Assembly: GCF_963974365.1 (NCBI RefSeq)
Contig: NZ_CAXBBX010000009.1
Coordinates: forward strand, 199,274-263,273
Length of the DNA stretch: 64,000 nt
Origin: an uncultured Algoriphagus sp.
GTDB taxonomy: Bacteria; Bacteroidota; Bacteroidia; Cytophagales; Cyclobacteriaceae
Direction of reading: 5' to 3'
The translations under genes and the position numbers were made by a program. This document shows, piece after piece, positions 1 to 9,788 of the stretch (positions within the stretch are counted from its first letter, which is position 1; each line of letters begins with the position of its first letter). The notes beneath the pieces were generated by a model. That model made no database searches. It was not told the DNA's origin and saw only the letters and a program-made list of their open reading frames with translations.

Positions 1-176
1 ACTGATGTTGTTTATTGCCACATAATGAAGTAGTTAGAAAACCACGGGGTGTAATATCAGGATAACGAATTGATAGTGGTTTATGGCACAACAAAAATTT
101 CCCTACCCTTCTACTAGAAGGTAAACTTTTCCAATAATTATTCTAACTTAAGTACACTTAACCAAATGTATCAGCT

Positions 177-764
177 ATGAAAGCTTCAAAACTCACCAAT
201 TTTCCCCTAGTAATTGTTGTGTTTATTTTCCTTTCTCAAGGGAGTACTTTCGCCCAGAATACTGTACCAGATGAAGTAGCATCTATAGTCAATATGCCTT
301 TAATGGACGGAGAGACCAAATTAGAAAGTCTAGGATATGAAATTTGTTTTTCCAGTCTATTTGGAAAGAAACAAGATTGGTACAATAAAGCTGATAATAT
401 TTGTATCACTTTACATTTTGATAAGAAATCACATGATATCACGTCCGTTGAAATAAACCCAGAGACTAGTGTCTGTAAGCAGGAAGTGGAAGCGGCAAAT
501 AAAATTTGGGAAAAATACCATGATGGCCAAGCCCCGGCTTCCTCAGCAAAGCTGGATGAAGAACGAAAGAAACTAGCAGATAAGGGCTTTAAAGTCTCTT
601 ATTGGGTAGACCAACTTTCACCAGGCAGAGCTAGTGAATACTGGGTGAATGAATCTACGCAGCAAGCCATGTATATTGTCTGGGATGTTCAGGGTTCTAA
701 GTGGAGTAAAACAGATAAAACCGACTTCCATGAAGGGACAAACCCTGCTCATGCCCATAAATAA
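177..764 (+). CDS. hypothetical secreted protein (195 aa)
   Basis: ATG ORF with signal peptide MKASKLTNFPLVIVVFIFLSQGSTFAQ. No family motif recognised. Confidence 0.5.
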   Translation: MKASKLTNFPLVIVVFIFLSQGSTFAQNTVPDEVASIVNMPLMDGETKLESLGYEICFSSLFGKKQDWYNKADNICITLHFDKKSHDITSVEINPETSVCKQEVEAANKIWEKYHDGQAPASSAKLDEERKKLADKGFKVSYWVDQLSPGRASEYWVNESTQQAMYIVWDVQGSKWSKTDKTDFHEGTNPAHAHK

Positions 765-862
765 AGGATTTTCTTTTGCTTGATCTTCCGATTTCAACGG
801 GAAGGTGATTCTACGCTTTCCTAACTATAAATAGCTAGAGCTAGCAAAAAGATCTCATAATT

Positions 863-900
863 AAGCCCACAAGCCGTACAGGTCTGTGGGCTTTTCTCTT
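863..900 (+). terminator. rho-independent terminator between convergent genes
   Basis: 9-bp stem AAGCCCACA(863-871)/TGTGGGCTT(885-893) followed by a T-rich run. Confidence 0.6.
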
Positions 901-971
901 TATTTTTTTTGCATTTATAATCTACATATGCAGTAGGTAGCAAAAGCATTTTAGCTCAAGGAATTAATCAA

Positions 972-2540
972 TCACTCCTCCACAAACCCAACCTGCTTCC
1001 ACTCCCCTTCGATTTTATCATTTTGCTGCGGAGAGCCGGGGGTGCTTCTGCCCTCTTTGATATACTTGATCAACAAGGCTTTTAGCGAAGCGACCTTCTC
1101 CTCATTTTCAGCATAGACATTTGTCGTCTCACCAGGATCAGATGCCAGATTGTACAACTGTACTTCAGGAAGATCTGCTTCAGCTGGAGTATTTGGCTTA
1201 GGGACACTCCATCCACCGGAACCCTTGGCCATAATCAATTTCCAGTCGCCTTGACGAATCGCAAAGCTCCCATTGATGGAATGTGAAACGGTGGCTTCAC
1301 GGAACTGCTCCACTTTGCTATTTGCATCAAAAAGCGAAACCAAACTGTAGCTATCCTCGCCTTCATTATCCTTGAGGGTATAGCCAGAAAGCTCTGCTCC
1401 AGTTGCCATCAAATCAGTCAAACAGATTGTTTCATTTCTAGAAGTTCCTTTTTGGATTTTAGCTGGCCACTTGGCAATAAAAGGAACCCGGTGTCCACCT
1501 TCGAAAATATCAGCTTTATGTCCACGGTAGATGTAGCTGGAGTAGTGGCCTTCTGCCTGCATCACATCCAATCCTGCAGCTGGCGAACCTCCATTGTCAC
1601 TAGTGAAGATTACCAGTGTATTTTCTTCAATGCCTGCTTCTTTGATCGCTTGATTCACCTGACCTATGTAGTCGTCAATCATCATCATGAAGTCAGCAAA
1701 TGGAGCCAAACCACTTTTGCCCTGCCACTCAGCAGGTGGCAAAATCGGAGTATGCGGTGATGGTAATGCCAAGTAAAGGAAAAACGGTTTTTCTTCTTTT
1801 GCCTGCTCTTGAATGTATGCGATAGATCGCTCAAAGAAATTCGGAGTAACTTTCTCATGGTCAAAATCCGGGGACGTTGGCCCTTCTCGCCACCAGGAGT
1901 ATTTGCCAGTATTCACAGTGACGGTATCTGGAATGGCAGTAGCTTTTCCATTTTCGACATAGACATACGGCGCCATATCAAGAGAACCGGAGTGACCATA
2001 GGCATAGTCAAAACCCAAATCATTTGGGGTATGGGTCACCGGTTTGCTGAAATCAATCTGATCAAAATCTTTCGCATCCCATCCTTCACCTCGGAGCGTG
2101 TCTCCATCTACTAAGCCCCAATCCCAACCTAGATGCCATTTGCCAATGAATGCGGTGTTGTATCCTTGGGATTTCAGCACTGACGCCATAGTACTACGAT
2201 TATCCGGAATCAGAGCTTTAGAATTACCTGTCAATACACCAGACTTCAGCGTACTTCTCCAATTATATCTACCTGTCAGAAATCCGTATCGGGTAGGTGT
2301 ACAAACTGCAGAAGGTGTATGTGCATCGGTGAAAATCATCCCTTCAGAAGCCAATTCGTCTATGAAGGGGGTTTTAATTTTTCCTTCAGGATTAAATGCT
2401 TTCACATCTCCATAGCCCAAATCATCCGCTAGAATGACGATAATGTTTGGTTGCTTGGCTTTTTCTTCAATTTTCTCAGCGCAAGAGAAGAGTGCAATAA
2501 ATGAGAGAATGACAGCAGGCAGTTTGGTGCAAATTTTCAT
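972..2540 (-). CDS. arylsulfatase (Cys-type sulfatase family), lipoprotein or secreted
   Basis: ILADDLGYGD; formylglycine motif C-T-P-T-R in SAVCTPTRYGFLTGR; GKWHLG; N-terminal LFSC lipobox-like signal. Confidence 0.9.
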   Translation of the reverse strand: MKICTKLPAVILSFIALFSCAEKIEEKAKQPNIIVILADDLGYGDVKAFNPEGKIKTPFIDELASEGMIFTDAHTPSAVCTPTRYGFLTGRYNWRSTLKSGVLTGNSKALIPDNRSTMASVLKSQGYNTAFIGKWHLGWDWGLVDGDTLRGEGWDAKDFDQIDFSKPVTHTPNDLGFDYAYGHSGSLDMAPYVYVENGKATAIPDTVTVNTGKYSWWREGPTSPDFDHEKVTPNFFERSIAYIQEQAKEEKPFFLYLALPSPHTPILPPAEWQGKSGLAPFADFMMMIDDYIGQVNQAIKEAGIEENTLVIFTSDNGGSPAAGLDVMQAEGHYSSYIYRGHKADIFEGGHRVPFIAKWPAKIQKGTSRNETICLTDLMATGAELSGYTLKDNEGEDSYSLVSLFDANSKVEQFREATVSHSINGSFAIRQGDWKLIMAKGSGGWSVPKPNTPAEADLPEVQLYNLASDPGETTNVYAENEEKVASLKALLIKYIKEGRSTPGSPQQNDKIEGEWKQVGFVEE

Positions 2541-2648
2541 AATAAGGGATAGCTGAGATTATAGCGTAATTTAGGGCAAACGACCCACTTTTAAAAGTAA
2601 AATTTAATAAGTGAAAGGGTTTGTGGAATATTACTGATTCAATTTTTT

Positions 2649-2681
2649 TAATTTACTTTTTGTAAATTACCTTTAGTAAAT
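2649..2681 (+). promoter_or_regulatory. inverted repeat TAATTTAC-N5-GTAAATTA plus a third GTAAAT half-site (candidate operator or hairpin)
   Basis: 8-bp perfect arms at 2649-2656 and 2662-2669; extra GTAAAT at 2676-2681; lies 16-48 nt upstream of the ATG at 2697. Confidence 0.3.
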
Positions 2682-2696
2682 CAATTTTGTGAAGAT

Positions 2697-3830
2697 ATGC
2701 AATTTCAAACGCCCAGCAATCCATTTCCTACGAGCAGCTACTACGGCTCTGACTATTTCTGTGATCGGGAGGATGAAAGCACGCATATAATTAAACTTCT
2801 TGAAAACGGCCAATCCTGCCTTTTGATGTGTAATAGAAGGCTAGGAAAAACTGCACTGATCCAACATATCAAGTATTTGCTGCCACCTGAATATGGGTTT
2901 ATTTACCTTGATATTTTGGCTACAGAAAATGAGCAGCAATTTCTTGATGCACTTGGCTCTGCATTGCTTCAATCTTTTCCAGAGAAAAGCTCAGTAGGAA
3001 AAAGCGTTTGGGAATTTATAAAAGGGCTTCGACCAATCATCAGCTTTGACCAACTCAGCGGAATTCCCCAGGTATCCTTTCAAGTGCAACACTCCGAAAA
3101 ACCCGTGCAGGATATTTTGTTATTTCTATCCAAACTTGATCATCCGGTGATCGTGGCGATTGATGAGTTTCAGCAAATCCAATTTTACCCAGAAAAGAAT
3201 ACAGACGCGTGGCTGCGAAGTACTATTCAACAACTACAAAATGTACGTTTCCTGTTCTCTGGAAGTAGACAGACCTTACTTTCTGACCTATTCTCCAATC
3301 CAAAAAAGCCTTTCTATAAAAGTGCGAATCCATTAAAACTGGAAAAAATCTCTCAGGAAATATATCGTGAGTTCATCATCCGGACATTTGCAAAAAAAGG
3401 AAAAACGTTAACTGAAGTTCTGGCAGAAGAGATTTTGGACTGGACAAAATGCCACACCTATTACGTACAACATCTCTGCAACCGGCTATTTCAGATGGAC
3501 AAGAAAAAATACGAGCGGGCAGATTGGCAAGACTGTGCACAAAACATCCTGAAGGAACAAGAGGTATTCTTCTTCAACTACAGGTCGCTTCTAAGTAAAC
3601 AGCAGTGGAAACTTCTGGTAGCCATCGCCAAAACAGGTGTTGTTTACGCCCCGACATCCAAAGATTTTATTGGAAAAAATAAGTTAGGAAGTTCTGCCAC
3701 CGTTTTCAAATCCATCGATTCTCTATTGGAAAAAGAGATGATTTTTAAAGAAATTAATCAAGAAGGTGCTCCCTATTACCAATCTTACGATGTGTTTTTT
3801 GAGCGATGGATTCAGGGAAAGGATTTTTGA
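2697..3830 (+). CDS. AAA-type ATP-binding protein (archaeal-ATPase/DUF234-like)
   Basis: Walker A NRRLGKTAL; Walker B VIVAIDEFQQ; C-terminal winged-helix-like tail. Confidence 0.65.
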   Translation: MQFQTPSNPFPTSSYYGSDYFCDREDESTHIIKLLENGQSCLLMCNRRLGKTALIQHIKYLLPPEYGFIYLDILATENEQQFLDALGSALLQSFPEKSSVGKSVWEFIKGLRPIISFDQLSGIPQVSFQVQHSEKPVQDILLFLSKLDHPVIVAIDEFQQIQFYPEKNTDAWLRSTIQQLQNVRFLFSGSRQTLLSDLFSNPKKPFYKSANPLKLEKISQEIYREFIIRTFAKKGKTLTEVLAEEILDWTKCHTYYVQHLCNRLFQMDKKKYERADWQDCAQNILKEQEVFFFNYRSLLSKQQWKLLVAIAKTGVVYAPTSKDFIGKNKLGSSATVFKSIDSLLEKEMIFKEINQEGAPYYQSYDVFFERWIQGKDF

Positions 3831-3893
3831 AAAAACAATTGCAATCGAATAAGGGCGAAAAATCTTTTGCCCCTTCCACCCTAAAATGAAATA

Positions 3894-3925
3894 AAAAAAC
3901 CACAACCCTTGCGAGCTGTGGTTTT
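3894..3925. terminator. bidirectional terminator (atpG / ATPase gene)
   Basis: Stem AAAACCACA(3896-3904)/TGTGGTTTT(3917-3925), flanked by an A-run on one side and a T-run on the other. Confidence 0.6.
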
Positions 3926-3946
3926 GGAAAGTAGGTCTATCGTTTA

Positions 3947-4819
3947 TTACTTACCTCCAAGTGCATTGGCACCAGAGACAATTTCAAGTATTTCATTGGT
4001 AATGGCAGCCTGACGTGTTCTGTTGTACATCAATCTTAGCTCTTTCAGCAATTCACCGGCATTATCTGTGGCCTTATCCATGGCGGTCATTCTAGCACCA
4101 TGCTCAGAAGCATTGCTTTCTAGTACAGCTTTGTAGAACTGGATTTTCAAAGACGTTGGAACCAACTCTTCGATAATATATGCTCTTGATGGTTCCAGGA
4201 TGTAATCCGTATCAGCAGTTTTCTCCTCAGCAGAATCATCTTTTGCCATAGGCAAAAACTGTTCTACACGAACTTCCTGCGTAGCTACATTCTTGAATTC
4301 ATTATAAACCAAAGCAACTTGGTCAAATTCTCCAGCTACAAAAGCATTCATCGCAAATTCTGCTGCGCTTCTAGCATTCTCAAAGCTGAGGTCCTGAAAT
4401 AACTGAGAATACTCAGAAACCATATTGAAATCACGCTTTTTGAAAGCTTCAAAAGCTTTTTTACCAATAGGAAGAATAGTTATATTCTTTCCGGCAAATT
4501 GTCCTGCAATGGCCAAATTTACCGCCTTGATGATATTTGTATTGAAAGCACCACAAAGTCCTTTGTCTGAAGTAACAGGAATGATCAGTACATTTCTTAC
4601 TTCACGCTTTTCAGCAAAAATAATATCTGCAGCTCCTTCAGAAGCAGCTGATACGTTATTCAGGATTTGAGTCAACTTCTGAGAGTACGGACGCATCTGA
4701 GTGATTTTGTCCTGCGCTCTTCTAAGTTTAGCGGCGGAAACCATTTTCATGGCCTTAGTAATCTGCTGGGTAGAGACTACTGAGGTTATCCGTTCCTTTA
4801 CTTCCTTAAGATTAGCCAT
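3947..4819 (-). CDS. atpG: F0F1 ATP synthase subunit gamma
   Basis: MANLKEVKERI...ITKAMKMVSAAKLRRAQ start and NRTRQAAITNEILEIVSGA C-terminus; operon context. Confidence 0.95.
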   Translation of the reverse strand: MANLKEVKERITSVVSTQQITKAMKMVSAAKLRRAQDKITQMRPYSQKLTQILNNVSAASEGAADIIFAEKREVRNVLIIPVTSDKGLCGAFNTNIIKAVNLAIAGQFAGKNITILPIGKKAFEAFKKRDFNMVSEYSQLFQDLSFENARSAAEFAMNAFVAGEFDQVALVYNEFKNVATQEVRVEQFLPMAKDDSAEEKTADTDYILEPSRAYIIEELVPTSLKIQFYKAVLESNASEHGARMTAMDKATDNAGELLKELRLMYNRTRQAAITNEILEIVSGANALGGK

Positions 4820-4883
4820 CTTGGTTGCGTTGTGCTAGGGTATAGATAACCGGAAGACTCTCGCCTTCCGGTGTTCAAATCAA

Positions 4884-6461
4884 TTATTTTGAATATTTAG
4901 GAGCTAATTCTGCTGCTGCCTTAGAAAGAACTTTTCCAGCCTCATCAACTTTTCCTTTTAGGATGAAGTCAAGTGCTTCTGGATAAGACGTATCCAATAG
5001 TGTGTAGAATTCTTTCTCAAATGCTCTGGCGTTTTCTACTGGAACTGTATCCATCAAGCCTTTAGTAGAAGCATAGATAATAGCTACCTGATGCGCTACA
5101 GAAACTGGAGAATACTGCGCTTGCTTCAAGATTTCCTGGTTTCTTCTACCTCTTTCGATCGTACGCTTAGTAGTCGCATCTAGATCAGAACCAAACTTAG
5201 AGAATGCTTCCAATTCACGGAAAGCTGCCTGATCCAATTTCAAGGTACCGGCGATTTTCTTCATTGATTTGATCTGCGCGTTACCACCTACTCGGGATAC
5301 GGAGATACCTACGTTGATCGCAGGACGGATACCAGAGTTGAAAAGGTTAGTCTCCAAGAAGATCTGACCATCTGTAATAGAGATTACGTTAGTCGGGATA
5401 TAAGCAGAAACGTCACCAGCTTGAGTTTCAATAATTGGAAGTGCAGTCAATGACCCGCCACCTTTTACCAAGTGCTTGATAGAATCCGGCAAATCGTTCA
5501 TTTCCTGAGCGATTTTATCAGATTTATTGATTTTCGCAGCTCTCTCAAGCAATCTTGAGTGAAGGTAGAATACGTCACCTGGATATGCTTCACGTCCCGG
5601 AGGTCTTCTCAATAGAAGAGAAACTTCACGGTAAGCTACTGCTTGCTTAGAAAGATCATCGTAAACCACCAAAGCAGGACGACCTGTATCTCTGAAGAAC
5701 TCACCGATCGATGCACCAGTAAATGGAGCAAAGAACTGCATTGGAGCTGGATCAGAAGCAGGAGCTGCTACTACAACTGTATATGGAAGAGCACCACCTT
5801 TTTCAAGGGCCGCAACTACACCAGCAACGGTAGAAGCTTTCTGACCGATTGCAACGTAGATACAGAAAACTGGCTCTCCTTTATCGTAAAATTCTTTTTG
5901 GTTCAAGATCGCATCGATAACTACCGCTGTCTTACCAGTCTGACGGTCACCAATAACTAATTCTCTTTGACCTCTACCGATTGGAATCATCGCATCGATA
6001 GATTTGATACCTGTCTGAAGCGGCTCAGTAACTGGCTGACGGTAGATTACACCTGGAGCTTTACGTTCCAAAGGCATTTCGTACAAGTCCCCAGTGATAG
6101 GACCTTTACCATCGATAGGGTTACCTAGAGTATCCACTACACGACCAAGCATTCCTTCACCTACTTGGATAGAAGCAATTCTTTTAGTTCTTTTTACAGT
6201 GTCACCTTCTTTTACAGATTTGGAGTCACCGAAAAGTACTGCTCCGACGTTGTCTTCTTCCAGGTTCAGTACCATTGCTTTCAGACCATTGTCGAATTCT
6301 AGCAATTCACCGGACTGTGCCTTAGAAAGTCCATAGATACGAGCTACACCATCCCCCACTTGAAGGACTGTACCCACTTCTTCGAGTTCAGCTTCGGTTC
6401 TTGCACCAGAGAGTTGTTCTCTTAAAATTGCCGAAACTTCATCAGGTCTTACTTCTGCCAT
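4884..6461 (-). CDS. atpA: F0F1 ATP synthase subunit alpha
   Basis: Walker A GDRQTGKT; 525 aa alpha-type sequence. The beta-type GGAGVGKT motif is absent. Confidence 0.97.
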   Translation of the reverse strand: MAEVRPDEVSAILREQLSGARTEAELEEVGTVLQVGDGVARIYGLSKAQSGELLEFDNGLKAMVLNLEEDNVGAVLFGDSKSVKEGDTVKRTKRIASIQVGEGMLGRVVDTLGNPIDGKGPITGDLYEMPLERKAPGVIYRQPVTEPLQTGIKSIDAMIPIGRGQRELVIGDRQTGKTAVVIDAILNQKEFYDKGEPVFCIYVAIGQKASTVAGVVAALEKGGALPYTVVVAAPASDPAPMQFFAPFTGASIGEFFRDTGRPALVVYDDLSKQAVAYREVSLLLRRPPGREAYPGDVFYLHSRLLERAAKINKSDKIAQEMNDLPDSIKHLVKGGGSLTALPIIETQAGDVSAYIPTNVISITDGQIFLETNLFNSGIRPAINVGISVSRVGGNAQIKSMKKIAGTLKLDQAAFRELEAFSKFGSDLDATTKRTIERGRRNQEILKQAQYSPVSVAHQVAIIYASTKGLMDTVPVENARAFEKEFYTLLDTSYPEALDFILKGKVDEAGKVLSKAAAELAPKYSK

Positions 6462-6484
6462 GATATATAGATTAATGCTTTTTG

Positions 6485-7045
6485 TTAGATTTTACTTTCG
6501 TAATGATTTGTGATAAACTGAGTTTTCAATTGTCTCAGTTTGCTACTCAATGACTCGTCTATCTGACGGTCATTTACTTTCAAGATATATCCACCAATCA
6601 GGTCTGGATTTATATTCTCAACCAATTGTACTGATTTCTTTCCAGATACTTCTTTCACAACCTCAGCAAACTCCTTGCGAAGCGTATCATCGAGAGGAAA
6701 AGTAGTAGTCACTTCAGCCACCTGAATTGACATATGAAGATTGTATTGGTTTTCAAATTCCCTTGCTACATCAAGAAGAATCTCTTCTCTATTCTTGCGA
6801 GAAATAATCTCAAAGAATGTCATAGTAAGCGGATCAACACTTTTGGCAAACAGTGCTTTTAGCACATTCAATTTCTTATCAGAACCTACTATTGGGTTTT
6901 TCAACACCAAATTCAATTCATGATTGCTTTCTGCCAAAGCAGTCAGCCTAAGAAAATCTGTATGCACCTCCTCTAGTCTTCCTTTTTCCAAAGAAAGTTC
7001 CATGATTGACTTGGCATAGCGTGATGCTACTCTCTGGTTTGACAT
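6485..7045 (-). CDS. atpH: F0F1 ATP synthase subunit delta (OSCP)
   Basis: 186 aa; VASRYAKS start typical of delta; positioned between atpF and atpA. Confidence 0.9.
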   Translation of the reverse strand: MSNQRVASRYAKSIMELSLEKGRLEEVHTDFLRLTALAESNHELNLVLKNPIVGSDKKLNVLKALFAKSVDPLTMTFFEIISRKNREEILLDVAREFENQYNLHMSIQVAEVTTTFPLDDTLRKEFAEVVKEVSGKKSVQLVENINPDLIGGYILKVNDRQIDESLSSKLRQLKTQFITNHYESKI

Positions 7046-7054
7046 GGAGGTGTA

Positions 7055-7549
7055 TTAGTTAAGCTTAAGTTCTTTGATGAATCCTTCTACCAAATCCTTT
7101 TGAGACTTGTCATCAGAAAGATTTGCTCTCAATAATTTCTCTGTTATGTCCAAAGAAAGTGAAGCAACCTGAGACTTCACATCTGCCAAAGCAGCTTTTT
7201 TCTCAGTTTCAATCACCGCCTTAGCATTCTCGATCATCAAAGCTCCAGCTTTTACAGCTTCTTCTTTGGCATCATCGATCATTTTAACAGAAGCGTCCTG
7301 AGCTTTTTTAAGAATAGTATCTCTTTCCAATCTGGCTTCAGCAAGAAGTTTTTCATTCTCAGCTTTCAAATTAGCCATTTCATTTCTAGCAGTTTCAGCT
7401 GCCTTCAATGCGTTGTTAATACTTGTTTCTCTTTCTTCAATAGCAGCAAGCATAGGCTTCCAGGCAAACTTGATTAAGATAAACAAGAGTGCTAAAAAGC
7501 CAAACAACTGCCAGAAGATCAGTCCGGAACTAGGTAAAATCAGATCCAT
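7055..7549 (-). CDS. atpF: F0F1 ATP synthase subunit b
   Basis: One N-terminal TM helix followed by a long charged coiled coil; operon position. Confidence 0.9.
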   Translation of the reverse strand: MDLILPSSGLIFWQLFGFLALLFILIKFAWKPMLAAIEERETSINNALKAAETARNEMANLKAENEKLLAEARLERDTILKKAQDASVKMIDDAKEEAVKAGALMIENAKAVIETEKKAALADVKSQVASLSLDITEKLLRANLSDDKSQKDLVEGFIKELKLN

Positions 7550-7621
7550 TAGATATATATAATTTCGTTATTGTTCAAAAAGAGGGATTGGCCCTAACGA
7601 CCAATCCCGATTCATTTGTTC

Positions 7622-7888
<267 letters not shown>

Positions 7889-7920
7889 TTATTTAATAAA
7901 TTGAACAAAGAAATTCCTAT

Positions 7921-8964
7921 TTAATGTGCCTCGTCGTGTGCATGCTCTGCTACTGCAGAACCGATGTACATCGCCGTGAACAGGGTAAATACATAAGCCT
8001 GAATCGTAGCTACCAGTAACTCGATCATATTGATAAATGTCACCATCAGCGTACTAACCACTCCAATAGTGTATGACTCAAATATGAAGACCAAAGCTAT
8101 GAAAGCCAAGATTACAATGTGACCTGCTGTGATGGCTACAAAAAGACGAACCATCAATGCAAAAGGCTTAGTAAACAAGCCGATAATCTCTACCGGAACA
8201 ATTACCAATAGTAATGGAATAGGAACACCGGGGGTCATGAAGACGTGTTTCCAGTAATCCTTATTGCCATTGACATTTACAATGATAAATGTCAATACCG
8301 CTAAAGTGGCAGTAACAGCGATGTTACCAGTCAGGTTAGCCGCACCTGGAAGCAAACCGATCAGGTTACCAATCCAGATGAAAAAGAAAAGTGTAAGTAA
8401 GTAAGGTACGAACTTCTTATACTTAGGACCGATAGCTTTATGAGCAATCTCGTCTCTAACGAATATAACTATAGGCTCTACGATTGCCGCAGCTCCCTTT
8501 GGTGCAATAGCACCGTGCTTCTTATAGTGACCAGCAGCAGAAAGAGATAGAATCAATACTACTGCTATTACCAAGAACATCATCACAACGTTTTTAGTAA
8601 TAGACAAATCAGTGAAACTTGCACCATCTACTCTACCCATGTGATCATGAGAATCGATGAAATAACCTTCATGCGCATGCTCTTCTCCAAAGGCATGAGT
8701 TTCGTGATCTTGAAAGTCCTTAGAGCTAAAAACTTCTAGGCCTCTATCTCCTGAATATACGATTACAGGCAAGGAAAGCGTTACGTGGGTATGACCAACA
8801 TTGAAAAAATGCCACTCGTGCGAGTCTTTGATGTGATGCATGATGAAGCCCGTAGGATCTTCACCTCCATCTTCAGAATCTGCTCCAGAAGCAAAAGACA
8901 CACTGGAGAAACTCAGCAAAAACGCTGACAATAAAATACTTAGGGAAAGAAATTTGCGCGTCAT
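7921..8964 (-). CDS. atpB: F0F1 ATP synthase subunit a (with N-terminal extension)
   Basis: The C-terminal two thirds is a polytopic subunit-a core (LMVRLFVAITAGH); operon position; N-terminal signal-like helix and a His-rich segment. Confidence 0.9.
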   Translation of the reverse strand: MTRKFLSLSILLSAFLLSFSSVSFASGADSEDGGEDPTGFIMHHIKDSHEWHFFNVGHTHVTLSLPVIVYSGDRGLEVFSSKDFQDHETHAFGEEHAHEGYFIDSHDHMGRVDGASFTDLSITKNVVMMFLVIAVVLILSLSAAGHYKKHGAIAPKGAAAIVEPIVIFVRDEIAHKAIGPKYKKFVPYLLTLFFFIWIGNLIGLLPGAANLTGNIAVTATLAVLTFIIVNVNGNKDYWKHVFMTPGVPIPLLLVIVPVEIIGLFTKPFALMVRLFVAITAGHIVILAFIALVFIFESYTIGVVSTLMVTFINMIELLVATIQAYVFTLFTAMYIGSAVAEHAHDEAH

Positions 8965-8982
8965 CTACTCTTTTTTTGAGGG

Positions 8983-9366
8983 CTACTTCGAAATCGGGCG
9001 CAAGTTAGCCAGAAACGTGTAGATATCAAAAACCAGATAGAACAAAAACAGAATAAAGAAATCCACCACAAACAAAAGAATATTCTCTGTTCCCATAAAA
9101 ACCATGATTCCGATGAAGGATAAGGAGGCAATTATCCTTAGTATCATTCCCACCATTTTTATTTGAAGTAGGTTTTCTGAAGAACCTTTTAGCAGCCAAA
9201 GACTCATTACACCCACCAAATAGGACGATATTGCCAGAAAAGACAGAATTTTCCAAATGTCCGCATGAATAGTGGAAGGAAGCAACCAACCCAATAAAAG
9301 GATCAGCAGACTTAATATTCCAGTGAGAAGGAAAAATTTCAGATGATAGTTAGATTTCAACAGCAT
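8983..9366 (-). CDS. small polytopic membrane protein in the atp operon leader (127 aa)
   Basis: Four hydrophobic helices; sits between the AtpZ-like gene and atpB; no motif recognised. Confidence 0.5.
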   Translation of the reverse strand: MLLKSNYHLKFFLLTGILSLLILLLGWLLPSTIHADIWKILSFLAISSYLVGVMSLWLLKGSSENLLQIKMVGMILRIIASLSFIGIMVFMGTENILLFVVDFFILFLFYLVFDIYTFLANLRPISK

Positions 9367-9412
9367 GGGTATTAATTTCTTACAAATTTATCCCAAATTT
9401 TCTTTTGTCTGA

Positions 9413-9640
9413 CTACTTATCCGATCGAATCGAATTCCACAACTGATAAAAAGCTATCCCAATCGAGGCAAAACAAAAAAGTAAGAGCCACAGAGGGAAT
9501 TTCATGTCGCTCTTTTGCTGAATCCACCAGCCCAGCCAAGTTCCTCCTCCAATAACCCCGAAAAGCTGAAACGACAAGCCTATGTATTTCACATACGCCG
9601 GGGGTCCATTTTGCTCATTTTTCTTTGACTCATTACTCAT
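9413..9640 (-). CDS. AtpZ/AtpI-family small membrane protein
   Basis: 75 aa with two TM helices; first gene of the atp cluster. Confidence 0.55.
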   Translation of the reverse strand: MSNESKKNEQNGPPAYVKYIGLSFQLFGVIGGGTWLGWWIQQKSDMKFPLWLLLFCFASIGIAFYQLWNSIRSDK

Positions 9641-9788
9641 ATCATTCAGCTTATTTATTTCTTAAAAGTATTGAAAAAATAGAGCGAATAGCCTGCCACA
9701 GTAAAATCCAGAAATAATAGACCATCTAATTCGTTCACTAAGTAAATCAAAAGACCTATTTTGCTACTTTAATTGGGCAAAACAACTC

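Noticed and set aside
108-122. Palindrome CCTTCTA-C-TAGAAGG near the 5' edge of the window.
   Set aside because: It is short and has a single-nucleotide centre, so it makes a poor hairpin. Its context upstream of the window is unknown, so it cannot be interpreted.
1452-2415. Three ORFs of 100 aa or more (1452-1760, 1809-2114, 2098-2415) on the plus strand inside the sulfatase gene.
   Set aside because: They are antisense shadows of a strongly supported 522-aa sulfatase CDS. Their composition is low-complexity or odd, with no motifs, promoter or spacing of their own.
9026-9289. 87-aa ORF in another frame inside the 127-aa atp-leader membrane ORF.
   Set aside because: It lies on the same strand and overlaps entirely. 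The 127-aa frame gives clean TM helices, whereas this frame gives a Cys/Gly/Asn-rich sequence with no features.
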